Positions 54,957 to 64,000 of a DNA stretch of 64,000 bases are shown here, piece after piece. The DNA is from Alphaproteobacteria bacterium. GTDB taxonomy: Bacteria > Pseudomonadota > Alphaproteobacteria > UBA7887. The notes beneath the pieces are model-generated. The model saw only the letters and a program-made list of their open reading frames with translations. It searched no databases and was not told the origin of the DNA. The translations under genes and the position numbers were made by a program. The stretch is taken from positions 2,816,001 to 2,880,000 of the forward strand of contig CBDCGL010000011.1 of assembly GCA_965216755.1 (NCBI GenBank), in the 5' to 3' direction. Each line of letters starts with the position of its first letter. The stretch's first letter is position 1.

Positions 54957-55844
54957 TCACCAAAATTCCCGAAATTCAGCGGGCCGAAAGCCGAACGCGT
55001 CGGCGTCACGCACGAAATAACACGGGCTGGGTGATACAAAATGGGCCGGCGCCATCAGCGTGTCGGTATCGGCATAGCGTTCAATCAACCCGCGCCGAGT
55101 CTCAGCCGACAGCGCTTTGTCTTCGCACGCCACGCATGACCAGTCGGGCCGTTTGAGCTGGATCGGATGGTGGATGCTGTCGCCCAACAGCACCGCCGAT
55201 TGGTTTCCGGAACGCAAGTGAACAACCATGTTGCCAGGCGTATGACCCGGCGCCGGTTCCAGCCAGATACCGTCTTCGATCTGATGGTCGCCGTCGACAA
55301 ACACGGCCCGCCCCGCCTCGACCACCGGCAGCACGCTGTCGGCAAACGCGACTTGCCGCGGGCCGGTCGGATCGTCGCGATATCTCTGTTCCCAAAAGGC
55401 GTATTCCTGCCGGCCGATGATGTATTTGGCATTGGCAAAGGTGGGCATCCAGCGTCCGTCAACGCGGCGGGTATTCCAGCCAATGTGATCGGCATGCAGG
55501 TGGGTGCACATGACGAAGTCGATGCGGTCCGGCGCGACGCCCATGGCGGCCAAATCGTCAAGATACGTGCCCTGGCGTCGATGCCAAGCCGGCCTGTTGG
55601 GCCGTTCCTTGTCATTGCCGATGCAGCTGTCGATCATGATCGTGTGCCGGCCGGTGCGCACGATATATGATTGAAAACAAAACATCAGTTTGCCTGTCGC
55701 CGGATCAAGATGGTGCGGTTTAAGCCATCCGGCATGGGCGTCCAGCACATCGGACTCGGCGTCTGGAAAGAACCGGTTGGGATCCATGAACGGCTCTTCC
55801 AATTCGATCAGCGAACTGAGCGTGAAATCGTTGATGCGGTACAT
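54957..55844 (-). CDS. MBL-fold metallo-hydrolase (lactonase/YtnP-like)
   Basis: THLHADHIGWN, PGHTPG, GDSIH, PAHF. Confidence 0.9.
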   Translation of the reverse strand: MYRINDFTLSSLIELEEPFMDPNRFFPDAESDVLDAHAGWLKPHHLDPATGKLMFCFQSYIVRTGRHTIMIDSCIGNDKERPNRPAWHRRQGTYLDDLAAMGVAPDRIDFVMCTHLHADHIGWNTRRVDGRWMPTFANAKYIIGRQEYAFWEQRYRDDPTGPRQVAFADSVLPVVEAGRAVFVDGDHQIEDGIWLEPAPGHTPGNMVVHLRSGNQSAVLLGDSIHHPIQLKRPDWSCVACEDKALSAETRRGLIERYADTDTLMAPAHFVSPSPCYFVRDADAFGFRPAEFREFW

Positions 55845-55900
55845 GCGCCCTGGCCCGCCCCCCTAGTCTGGGACGCTTGTTAACATCTGAGGTTCCAAAT

Positions 55901-56054
55901 GTTCATTGGTTTCCAGTAATGAACATATCCGTTCATTAGCGCCCTGTACGACTTAACGTGCTCGAATTGCGATGATTAGGTTGCGATGGGGAGCGAAACA
56001 TGCTGCCAATTAAAATTTAAGGGCCTATCTTTTCATTAGTATTCGCCAATGAAC
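55901..56054. promoter_or_regulatory. Two palindromic operator-like sites (G/T)TTCATT-N10-AATGAAC plus an extra half-site
   Basis: Copies at 55901-55924 and 56031-56054; extra GTTCATT at 55931. Confidence 0.55.
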
Positions 56055-56065
56055 GGATCCTTACA

Positions 56066-57253
56066 TTGAACGCACCGGGCTCACACAACTTCGACGCACG
56101 CCGGGGACGGTATGAGATTACCGCGATCGGTGGGGAAAAAGTGCGGGCGTTCGTGCCACCGCCATTGCCGCCCAGCCCGCCCATCGACCTTAATCCATTT
56201 GCACAGCTGATCGAGCAGGCAAATCGCGCACTCGGACGGCTAGAGGGGGTCGCCGCCACCCTCCCCGATGCGCAGCTATTCTTGTACATGTACGTCCGCA
56301 AGGAAGCCTTGCTTTCGTCCCAGATTGAGGGCACGCAGTCATCGCTTTCCGATTTATTGCTGTTTGAGACGTTACATGAGCCCGAATCCGCGTCGCACGA
56401 TGTCGTCGATGTTTCAAGATATGTCGCGGCTATGAATTACGGCCTCGCACGGCTGGAGAACAATTTACCACTCTCGCTGCGGCTCCTTCGGGAGGTCCAT
56501 GGCGTCCTTCTCTCCGAAGGCCGAGGCAGCGAAAAAACGCCCGGCGAATTTCGGCGTAGCCAAAATTGGATCGGTGGCAGCCGGCCGAGTGCGGCACTCT
56601 ATGTGCCACCGCCTCATCACCTCGTGATTGAATGCCTCGGCGACTTAGAGCGCTTCATGCACGCAGACACCGCACCGATGCCCTTGTTGGTCAAAGCTGG
56701 ATTGGTCCACGTGCAATTCGAATCGATACATCCTTTCTTGGATGGGAATGGTCGTCTCGGCCGTTTGCTCATCACGTTGATGCTGTGCGCGGAGGGCGTC
56801 CTCTCAGACCCTCTGTTGTATCTGAGTCTTTATTTCAAAACCCACCGCGACCGCTACTATGCGTTGTTGCAAAGGGTCCGTGAGCACGGCGATTGGGAAA
56901 GCTGGGTCGAGTTTTTTCTCACGGGGGTCAGAGACACATCTAATCAGGCCGCCGACACGGCGCGACGCATCCTGGGACTTTTTGCCCATCATCGCGATTT
57001 GATCCAAACGTTGGGACGACCGGCGCCCTCCGCACTCCGCGCGCATGACTACTTGCAGAAAAGCCCGCTGACCACGATTCCGAACATGGTTCGAGACCTC
57101 GGCATCACACATCCGACAGCAACCCGTTCGCTTGAAAACCTCCAAGAACTTGGCATTGTTCGTGAGATTTCGGGTCGCTCGCGGTTTCGCATTTACGCCT
57201 ATACCGAGTATCTCGCCATTCTCAACGAAGGGGCCGAACCACTACCTAGGTAG
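56066..57253 (+). CDS. Fic family protein (class II, C-terminal HTH)
   Basis: HPFLDGNGRLGR catalytic motif; N-terminal SSQIEG inhibitory motif; C-terminal winged-HTH-like region. Confidence 0.93.
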   Translation: MNAPGSHNFDARRGRYEITAIGGEKVRAFVPPPLPPSPPIDLNPFAQLIEQANRALGRLEGVAATLPDAQLFLYMYVRKEALLSSQIEGTQSSLSDLLLFETLHEPESASHDVVDVSRYVAAMNYGLARLENNLPLSLRLLREVHGVLLSEGRGSEKTPGEFRRSQNWIGGSRPSAALYVPPPHHLVIECLGDLERFMHADTAPMPLLVKAGLVHVQFESIHPFLDGNGRLGRLLITLMLCAEGVLSDPLLYLSLYFKTHRDRYYALLQRVREHGDWESWVEFFLTGVRDTSNQAADTARRILGLFAHHRDLIQTLGRPAPSALRAHDYLQKSPLTTIPNMVRDLGITHPTATRSLENLQELGIVREISGRSRFRIYAYTEYLAILNEGAEPLPR

Positions 57254-57265
57254 CATATCGTCAAC

Positions 57266-57886
57266 TCATTGCAGCGCGCGGGCGAAATATTGGCGGATAT
57301 TGGCCTCCATGGCACGGTCGAAGTCCTTGATCAAGGCTTCCACCAACTCGAACATGACCTTCTCGCGCTCGTGCAGATTCAATCCCTCGGGATAGGTTCG
57401 GCCGCGTTTGACCGTGGTTTCGACCGAAGCCCGCCCGATACCGCGGGTGTCGATCAGGGCGATGGTGACCGCCATGGTCGCGTCGAACCGGCCCGCCTGT
57501 TCGGTGGTAAAGGCGCTGCGAAAATCCTCGTTCGTGGCCAAGCGTTCTTCGACGATGGCGGCATCGGTGATGGTCATCCGCACGGCACCGGTATCGCCGA
57601 CCGGCCGAATCCGATCCTCCGCCCATTGCCGGAGCGCCGCCTCAGGCGAAAGTGGCGCCAGATGTTCGACATGCGGATCTCTTAGCGGCGGCTGATATTC
57701 CGTGATGACTTCAAGGCCGCGGCTATCCAGCTCGAACGGCGCCACATGGGTGAAACGCACGTCCGGATAGACCTGATCCGGCGGCAGATCCGCGCAACCG
57801 GCGACAACCGATAGCGCCGCCACCATGGCAGCAACCAGGCCAAGCCGTCCGTCAACTCGATCGCGCGCCGGCAATCGATCCCTCAT
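57266..57886 (-). CDS. Putative lipoprotein (start uncertain)
   Basis: Lipobox VAGC; PHVEH...WAEDRI segment; downstream of hslO. Confidence 0.7.
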   Translation of the reverse strand: MRDRLPARDRVDGRLGLVAAMVAALSVVAGCADLPPDQVYPDVRFTHVAPFELDSRGLEVITEYQPPLRDPHVEHLAPLSPEAALRQWAEDRIRPVGDTGAVRMTITDAAIVEERLATNEDFRSAFTTEQAGRFDATMAVTIALIDTRGIGRASVETTVKRGRTYPEGLNLHEREKVMFELVEALIKDFDRAMEANIRQYFARALQ

Positions 57887-58766
57887 CAAATGCATAAACC
57901 GCATTGCAGAACTCACAGGTGACAGTAATTTGCCCATCAATCGACAGCTCAGCAACCTCGGCGGCGGGCAAGGATTCCAAGATCGTGCGCGCGCGCTGGT
58001 CCGAACACGGACAGGAAAAGCGCACCTCGTCGGGCCGAAATATTGCCAGGTTGCCGGCGCCGAACAGTCGATCCAACAAAGTGACAGGGCTGAGCGACGG
58101 CGACGTCAGTTCGTCGGTCTTGACGGTTTCAACAAAGTGAACGGCGTGCTCCCAGGAATCGTCGTCCCACGCCGGCGGCCGCTCGGCGCCGCCCGTGTCC
58201 GGCTGTTGTTGGATCAACACGCACCCGGCCCGCCAACCCGCTTCGTTACCGTTCGCGGCCCGACTCACGCCGACCCGAAGCGACGCGCGAATCTGCTCGG
58301 ATTGACGAAAATAGGCCGCCATCGCGTCGTCGAGATTGTTGCCTTCCAAGCCAACGATGCCCTGATAGCGCTCTGAATCGGCGCCTTGATCGACGGTCAT
58401 GGCCATGTGCCCGTCGCCAACCAAAGCCCACGGCGTTGTCACCCGGTCGTGGGCCGCGACCTGGGCGGCATCGAAACTGGCGGTCCCGCGCATTCCGCCG
58501 CCGGTACGGTAATCGGCAACCAGCATGCGCACCGGCCCATTGCCCTGCACCTGGGCGATAAAACGCCCGTCGAATTTGAGTGTTGCCGCCAACGCCGCCG
58601 TCACGGTCACCAATTCACCCAGCAACACGGACACCGGATGGGGATAGTCATGTTGACGAAGAATCTGATCGATCGAAGTCCCAAGCCGCACAACGCGTCC
58701 AACCAGATTCAAGCTGTCAACCTTGAACCGGTAAATCAGATCGTCGGCGAGTGCAAAAGACGCCAT
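57852..58766 (-). CDS. hslO: Hsp33 redox-regulated chaperone
   Basis: RYQGIV, YFRQSEQ, C-terminal CPCS and CEFC zinc motif. Confidence 0.95.
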   Translation of the reverse strand: MASFALADDLIYRFKVDSLNLVGRVVRLGTSIDQILRQHDYPHPVSVLLGELVTVTAALAATLKFDGRFIAQVQGNGPVRMLVADYRTGGGMRGTASFDAAQVAAHDRVTTPWALVGDGHMAMTVDQGADSERYQGIVGLEGNNLDDAMAAYFRQSEQIRASLRVGVSRAANGNEAGWRAGCVLIQQQPDTGGAERPPAWDDDSWEHAVHFVETVKTDELTSPSLSPVTLLDRLFGAGNLAIFRPDEVRFSCPCSDQRARTILESLPAAEVAELSIDGQITVTCEFCNAVYAFDEGSIAGARSS

Positions 58767-58825
58767 GATCGAAAGGTCGTCGCTCCGGCGCCTGGCTTCA
58801 AGATCCTTGTTGGTCGGGCGGCGAC

Positions 58826-59758
58826 TCAAGGCACCCACTGTTGGGGCACCCGGTCAAGACACCAGGATAGAATCGACTTCTGCGACGGCAGCCGATTGGC
58901 GGCCTCGTCCCAAACCGCGGATTGGGGGCCGTCGATGACATCGGCCGTGACTTCTTCGCCGCGATGCGCCGGCAAGCAATGCAGAAAAATGGCATCTGAC
59001 TTCGCCCGCGCCATCAAGGCCGCGTCGACCTGAAAAGGCGTCAATTGCCGCCGCGCGTCGTCAGACTCGGGATCGCCCATCGACACCCAGGTGTCGGTCA
59101 CGACGCAATCGGCGCCCAGCACGGCGTTGGCCGGATCGTCCAGGACGGCGATATCGGCGCCCTGAGCACGCGCCCAATCGAGCGCGTCCGCGGCCGGTTG
59201 ACGCTCTGTCGGACACGCCAGACGTAGCGCGAAATCAAGCTGCGCCGCCGCATGGATCCACGAATTGGCGACGTTGTTGCCATCGCCACACCAGGCTACC
59301 GTTTGTCCGGCGATCGGGCCGCGATGTTCCTCGACGGTCATAACGTCGGCCATCAACTGGCAGGGATGGCTGGCATCGGTCAGGCCGTTGATCACCGGCA
59401 CGGTTGCGTATTTTGCAAACTCGATCAATGTCGCGTGACGATTGGCACGCACTAATATGGCGTCGACATAGTTGGACAAGACACGCGCCGTGTCCGGCAC
59501 GGTTTCGCCCCGCCCGAGCTGGGTTTCACTGGGCGTGAGCGTGATCGCATGGCCACCGAGGTGGATCATCGCCACCTCGAACGAGGTGCGGGTCCGTGTC
59601 GATGGTTTCTCGAAGATCATCGCCAACGCCCGCCCGCCCAGCAAAGTTGCGTTGGCGGCGCGACCAGCGGCCTTTATTTGCTTGGCGCGCTCCAAGATCT
59701 CGCGCACGGTGGCGCCGGTCAGCAGATGCAAGTCGAGAAATTGGCGCTCAGTGCTCAT
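58826..59758 (-). CDS. argF: Ornithine carbamoyltransferase
   Basis: FEKPSTRTR, HPCQ, FLHCLP. Confidence 0.97.
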   Translation of the reverse strand: MSTERQFLDLHLLTGATVREILERAKQIKAAGRAANATLLGGRALAMIFEKPSTRTRTSFEVAMIHLGGHAITLTPSETQLGRGETVPDTARVLSNYVDAILVRANRHATLIEFAKYATVPVINGLTDASHPCQLMADVMTVEEHRGPIAGQTVAWCGDGNNVANSWIHAAAQLDFALRLACPTERQPAADALDWARAQGADIAVLDDPANAVLGADCVVTDTWVSMGDPESDDARRQLTPFQVDAALMARAKSDAIFLHCLPAHRGEEVTADVIDGPQSAVWDEAANRLPSQKSILSWCLDRVPQQWVP

Positions 59759-60924
59759 GGCGCGACGGCGCGGCACGCATCGTCCAGCGCCGTTGTCGCT
59801 TCTTCAATATGCTCGGGTCCGATGATCAATGGCGGCAAGAAGCGCATTTGATTGCCGCCCGCCGCCACGGTCAAAACATGGCGGGCGCGCATGGCATCGA
59901 CCAAAGCAGCGTTGGGCACCACGCACTTCATGCCCACCATCATGCCACGACCCTCGACGCTTTCGATGACACTGGGATGCGCGGCGGCGACCGCGCGGGT
60001 GCGTTCATGCAAGATCGCGGCATTGCGTTGCACCGATTCCAAGGCGCCATCCGCGAGCAGGATATCGAGCATGGCGTTGCCGCAGGCCGCGGCCAAGGCG
60101 TTGCCGCCGAAGGTCGAACCATGGGTGCCCGGCACCATGCCGGCCGCGGCCTTTTCGGTGGCCAATACAGCGCCCATCGGAAAGCCGCCGCCCAGGCCCT
60201 TGGCCAAGGCCATGATGTCGGGAGCGACACCATCCCATTGATGGGCAAACAGTTTGCCGGTACGGCCAATACCGCATTGCACTTCGTCGTAAATCAACAT
60301 CAAGCCAAATTCATCGGCGATCGCGCGCAGATCGCGCAGGAAACCGTCCGGTGCCGGCCGCACGCCACCTTCGCCCTGTACCGGCTCGACCAAAATCGCC
60401 GCGGTCTGGTCGCCGATCGCGGCGCGGACCTCGTTGGTATTGCCAAACGCGACATGATCGAAGCCGTCGACCGTCGGCCCAAATCCCTCGCGCGCCTTCG
60501 GATTGTCGCCGGCCGCGATCGTTGCCAAAGTCCGGCCGTGAAAGGCGCCCGAAAACGCGATCACCCGGTAGCGCTCGGGCGCGCCGTTGTGGAAATGATA
60601 GCGGCGCGCAGTTTTGATCGCGCCTTCCATGGCTTCGGCGCCAGAATTGCAGAAAAACACCCGCTCGGCGAAACAGTTGTCGGCCAAACGTTGGGCCAGG
60701 CGTTCCTGACCCGGGATGCGGTACAAGTTGGAAGTGTGCCACAGCTTCGCCGCTTGCTCATTGAGCGCGGCAACCATCTGCGGATGACCGTGACCGACTG
60801 AGGTGACGGCGATACCGCCGACAAAATCCAAATAGCGCTCGCCGTCGGGTGTAAACAGATATGGGCCATCGCCGGAATCGAACGCAATGTCGAGCCGCGC
60901 GTATGTGGGCATGACCGCTGACAT
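59755..60924 (-). CDS. argD: Acetylornithine aminotransferase
   Basis: NSGAEA, FHGRT, DEVQCGIGRTG, AKGLGGG, HGSTFGGN; coupled to argF. Confidence 0.95.
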   Translation of the reverse strand: MSAVMPTYARLDIAFDSGDGPYLFTPDGERYLDFVGGIAVTSVGHGHPQMVAALNEQAAKLWHTSNLYRIPGQERLAQRLADNCFAERVFFCNSGAEAMEGAIKTARRYHFHNGAPERYRVIAFSGAFHGRTLATIAAGDNPKAREGFGPTVDGFDHVAFGNTNEVRAAIGDQTAAILVEPVQGEGGVRPAPDGFLRDLRAIADEFGLMLIYDEVQCGIGRTGKLFAHQWDGVAPDIMALAKGLGGGFPMGAVLATEKAAAGMVPGTHGSTFGGNALAAACGNAMLDILLADGALESVQRNAAILHERTRAVAAAHPSVIESVEGRGMMVGMKCVVPNAALVDAMRARHVLTVAAGGNQMRFLPPLIIGPEHIEEATTALDDACRAVAP

Positions 60925-61099
60925 GAATGCTTCTCCCGCGATCGGGCCGCCACAACGGGGACGGCCCTGGGCGCCGGTTCCCTGTGTCCAACAAAATCCG
61001 GAACCGCCGCCACAGTCAATAAGAAGCGCGCGAGTATCGGGTCCGGGGCAAGCCTTGTCAACGACCGCGGCGTCCACGCCGCGCGGCGCCATTTCCGTG

Positions 61100-61972
61100 T
61101 CAATCCTTGAGCTTATATCCCGTCGCAATCATGCGCTGACAGGCCCCCCACAGCGCGGCGTTCAAGGCCAGCATGACAATGACGCCGACCACGACCGAAC
61201 CGTCACTGCGGCCGATAAAGCCATAGCGAAAGCCATCGATCATGTAAAAAAACGGGTTGAACTGGCTGACCGTGTGCCAGATGCCTGGCAAGCGTTCAAC
61301 CGAATAGAAGGTGCCTGATAGAAACGCCAAGGGGGTAATGACAAAATTGGTGATCGCCGCGGTCTGATCGAACTTCTCCGCCCAAATCCCAGTCATTAGA
61401 CCGATGGTCGACAGCATCACCGACGCAGCCGCCGCGAAAAATACGATCGCGCCGATGTCCGCCAGCCGCATGGGCACAAAGAAAGACACCGCGCCGCCGA
61501 CCGCGAGACCGACCAGAACACCACGCGTGGCGCCGCCCATCACCCACCCGAACATCAGTTCCGCTGGGCTCAGGGGTGGCATCAAGACGTCCACGATACT
61601 GCCCTGAACTTTGCCGATGCTGATGGTCGAGGATGTGTTGGCGAAGCTGTTTTGCACCATCGCCATCATGATCAAACCGGGGGCCAGGAATTGGGTAAAC
61701 GGAACCTCGCCGACCATCCGTGTCGCGCCGCCCAGCGCCAATGAGAAAATCGTCAAAAACAGCAGCGTGGTCACGGTCGGCGCCAATACGGTCTGTGACG
61801 CCACCTTCATGAACCGTTGGACTTCCTTGACATACAGCGTCCACACGCCGCGCCAATTGACGATGCCGAATTGGCGTGGTTGCGGAATGCCGCGCGGCGG
61901 CACGCGCGTCAAGGTTTCGCTGGCGGCCATGAGGCGTTCGCCACCGGCGGAGGTCCGTTCTGGTGCGTTCAT
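61100..61972 (-). CDS. ABC-2 type permease (YadH-like; start uncertain)
   Basis: KEVQRF, FLAPGLIMM, FLSGTFYS, NPFFYMIDGFRYG. Confidence 0.9.
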   Translation of the reverse strand: MNAPERTSAGGERLMAASETLTRVPPRGIPQPRQFGIVNWRGVWTLYVKEVQRFMKVASQTVLAPTVTTLLFLTIFSLALGGATRMVGEVPFTQFLAPGLIMMAMVQNSFANTSSTISIGKVQGSIVDVLMPPLSPAELMFGWVMGGATRGVLVGLAVGGAVSFFVPMRLADIGAIVFFAAAASVMLSTIGLMTGIWAEKFDQTAAITNFVITPLAFLSGTFYSVERLPGIWHTVSQFNPFFYMIDGFRYGFIGRSDGSVVVGVIVMLALNAALWGACQRMIATGYKLKD

Positions 61973-62099
61973 GACCGGCGCAGCCTGCCGCAATCGAACG
62001 ATTGTGTCGAGACGGCAGTTGCCAGCCGCTTTAAAATGTGCCGCCAAACGCCCATAACTGACCGTGAGATAGGATTGAACGGATTAGGAACGACGCCAA

Positions 62100-62444
62100 A
62101 TGGTGACCATTTATCACAATCCGCGCTGCAGCAAATCTCGGCAGACTCTGGCCTTGTTGCAGGATCGCAATATCGACCCGGAAATCATCGAATATCTCAA
62201 GACGCCGCCAAGCAAAGCCGAGCTGAAAAAGATTCTCGCCATGCTCAACCTGAAACCGCGCGATCTGATGCGAATCAAAGAACAGGCCTACAAGGACAAT
62301 AACCTGGCCGACCCGTCGCTGAGCGACGACGCTTTGATCAGCGCCATGGTAGAAAATCCGGTGTTGATCGAACGCCCCGTGGTGGTCACCAACGGCAAAG
62401 CGGCGGTGGGTCGCCCGCCCGAGGCCGTGTTGGAAATCTTATAA
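62100..62444 (+). CDS. arsC: Arsenate reductase, glutaredoxin-type ArsC family
   Basis: IYHNPRCSKSR, LIERPVV, GRPPE. Confidence 0.88.
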   Translation: MVTIYHNPRCSKSRQTLALLQDRNIDPEIIEYLKTPPSKAELKKILAMLNLKPRDLMRIKEQAYKDNNLADPSLSDDALISAMVENPVLIERPVVVTNGKAAVGRPPEAVLEIL

Positions 62445-62449
62445 CCCGC

Positions 62450-63133
62450 ATGCGGCGCCTCTGGGTTCCATTTGCCATTGCCGGGGCTATTGCTGTCGTC
62501 GCGCTTTTCGCCTTCTCGCGTCTGAACCCGGGCGCGCTCAATGACGGCGACAATGTTACCCGGTTGATTTGGGCCGCGGGCGTGTTGGTGTTGATCGGCC
62601 CCTTCGCATTCTCCGGTGGCCTGTCACGAACATTGCGCCAACTTGCGCAATGGGCGGTGGTCTTGGCGGCGCTGACCATCGGCTATCAAATCTGGCAGGA
62701 TGGTGGATTTTCCTGGGCGGGCCTGCGCGCCGCGTTCAGCCCACAGCTGGACAGCGCGGACCAAGCCGGCATTGCCCAGTTTCGCGCCAACAGTTTGGGC
62801 GAGTTTGTCGTCGAAGGAGATATCAACGGCACCCGCGTCATGTTCTTGGTCGATACCGGCGCGAGCGACCTGGTGTTGGCGCCGCGCGATGCCGAGCGCG
62901 TTGGCTTTGATCTGGCCACACTCGACTATCCGCGGGTCTACGACACCGCCAGTGGCACGGTCCGGGCCGCGCCGGTCCGTTTGGACCAGGTCAGTGTGGG
63001 CGGCGTCGCGGTCGACAATGTGCGCGCGGCCGTGTCGAGCTTCAATATGGACACGTCACTACTCGGCATGAGTTTCATCAACCGCTTGTCGGGGTTCGAA
63101 TTGCGCAATGGCGTGCTGACCCTGCACCAATAG
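62450..63133 (+). CDS. Membrane-anchored retropepsin-like (clan AA) aspartic protease
   Basis: FLVDTGAS, LLGMSF; three N-terminal TM segments. Confidence 0.9.
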   Translation: MRRLWVPFAIAGAIAVVALFAFSRLNPGALNDGDNVTRLIWAAGVLVLIGPFAFSGGLSRTLRQLAQWAVVLAALTIGYQIWQDGGFSWAGLRAAFSPQLDSADQAGIAQFRANSLGEFVVEGDINGTRVMFLVDTGASDLVLAPRDAERVGFDLATLDYPRVYDTASGTVRAAPVRLDQVSVGGVAVDNVRAAVSSFNMDTSLLGMSFINRLSGFELRNGVLTLHQ

Positions 63134-63139
63134 CGCCGT

Positions 63140-64000
63140 TTAAAGGCCGCGCGCGCGTTCGCGCAATACGAACTTCTGAATCTTGCCGGTCGACGTCTTC
63201 GGCAATGATCCGAAGACGACGGTTTTTGGCGCTTTGAAATGGGCCATATTGTCGCGACAAAAGGCAATCATCTGCGCCGCGCTGACGTCGCCGGCATCGG
63301 GTTTCAGCTCGACGAATGCGCACGGCGTTTCCCCCCATTTGTCATCGGGCCGCGCGACGACCGCCACCTGCATGACCGCCGGATGGGTGTACAGCACGTC
63401 CTCGACCTCAATCGACGAGATGTTCTCACCGCCTGAGATAATGATGTCCTTGGATCGGTCCTTTAGCTGGATGTAACCGTCCGCGTGCATGACGCCCAAG
63501 TCGCCGGTGTGGAACCAGCCGCCAGCGAATGCCTCGTCGGTCGCCGATGCGTTTTTTAGATAGCCTTTCATAATCACGTTGCCGCGCATCATGACCTCGC
63601 CGATCGTGCTGCCGTCGGCCGGAGTCGGCGTCATCGAGTCCGGATCCATCACGCTTAAGCCTTCCAGCACGGGATAGCGCACGCCTTGCCGCGCCTTGAG
63701 CGCGGCCTGCTGATCGGCGGGCAGATCATTCCAATCCCGGTTCCACGCGCACACCACCGCGGGTCCGTAACACTCGGTCAGGCCATAGGCGTGGGTGACA
63801 TGAAAGCCGCGCTCTTCAATCGCCGCCAAAACTGGCGGTGGCGGCGGCGATGCCGCGGTCATTACCTCGACCTTCTGGGTCACTTTCGCTGCCAAGGAAT
63901 CGTCGGCATTGATCAGCAGGTTGAGCACGATCGGCGCGCCGCAGAAGTGGGTCACCTGATGGTCGGCGATGGCATCGAAGATGGCCTCGGCGCGCACTTG
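63140..64000 (-). CDS. Acyl-CoA synthetase/AMP-binding enzyme (5' end outside the window)
   Basis: YGLTE, WFHTGD, DRSKDIIISGGENIS, LPKTSTGKIQK. Confidence 0.93.
   Translation of the reverse strand, partial: QVRAEAIFDAIADHQVTHFCGAPIVLNLLINADDSLAAKVTQKVEVMTAASPPPPPVLAAIEERGFHVTHAYGLTECYGPAVVCAWNRDWNDLPADQQAALKARQGVRYPVLEGLSVMDPDSMTPTPADGSTIGEVMMRGNVIMKGYLKNASATDEAFAGGWFHTGDLGVMHADGYIQLKDRSKDIIISGGENISSIEVEDVLYTHPAVMQVAVVARPDDKWGETPCAFVELKPDAGDVSAAQMIAFCRDNMAHFKAPKTVVFGSLPKTSTGKIQKFVLRERARGL

Noticed and set aside
55892-55937. LexA (SOS) box upstream of fic
   Set aside because: The GTTC repeats do not have the GTTC-N7-GTTC spacing
61100-61972. ABC-2 permease without an adjacent ATPase
   Set aside because: An unlinked ATPase gene elsewhere in the genome is the simplest explanation; no sign of novelty
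62100-62444. arsC and terB (45356-45760) as a metal-resistance island
   Set aside because: Isolated genes 16 kb apart, with no arsR/arsB or other ter genes

Overview
High-GC alphaproteobacterial chromosome segment, Rhodospirillales-like by gene order. It is mostly core genes: priA-atpHAGDC; sdhCDAB, zapE, mdh-sucCDAB-lpdA; ffh-rpsP-rimM-trmD-rplS-leuCDB-asd; dapF-mtaB-ftsY-yciB; a DinG helicase; class I lysS; argD-argF-hslO; arsC. No rRNA, tRNA, CRISPR array or transposase was recognised. Two accessory blocks interrupt the backbone. Block 1 (~7.5-12.1 kb, atpC to lpdA) holds the best novelty candidate: a two-gene operon encoding a secreted protein with three gapless 36-aa N/G/V/A-rich repeats and a C-terminal Cys pair, then a strong hairpin, then a small secreted protein with one Cys-bracketed, phase-shifted copy of the same repeat. 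This resembles a major-subunit/nucleator functional amyloid or beta-solenoid fibre pair, but the repeat does not match the curli or Fap motifs. The block also has a secreted trypsin-like protease followed by a stand-alone copy of its pro-peptide, and an MRJP/yellow remnant. Block 2 (~50.3-57.3 kb) has a signal-peptide caspase-like protease fused to a prokaryotic YEATS-like domain, a two-gene FtrD/FtrA-like iron-uptake module with a Fur-like box, two MBL hydrolases and a Fic gene with paired palindromic sites upstream. All calls come from reading motifs by eye; no database searches were run. Several start codons were adjusted by hand from the ORF track.
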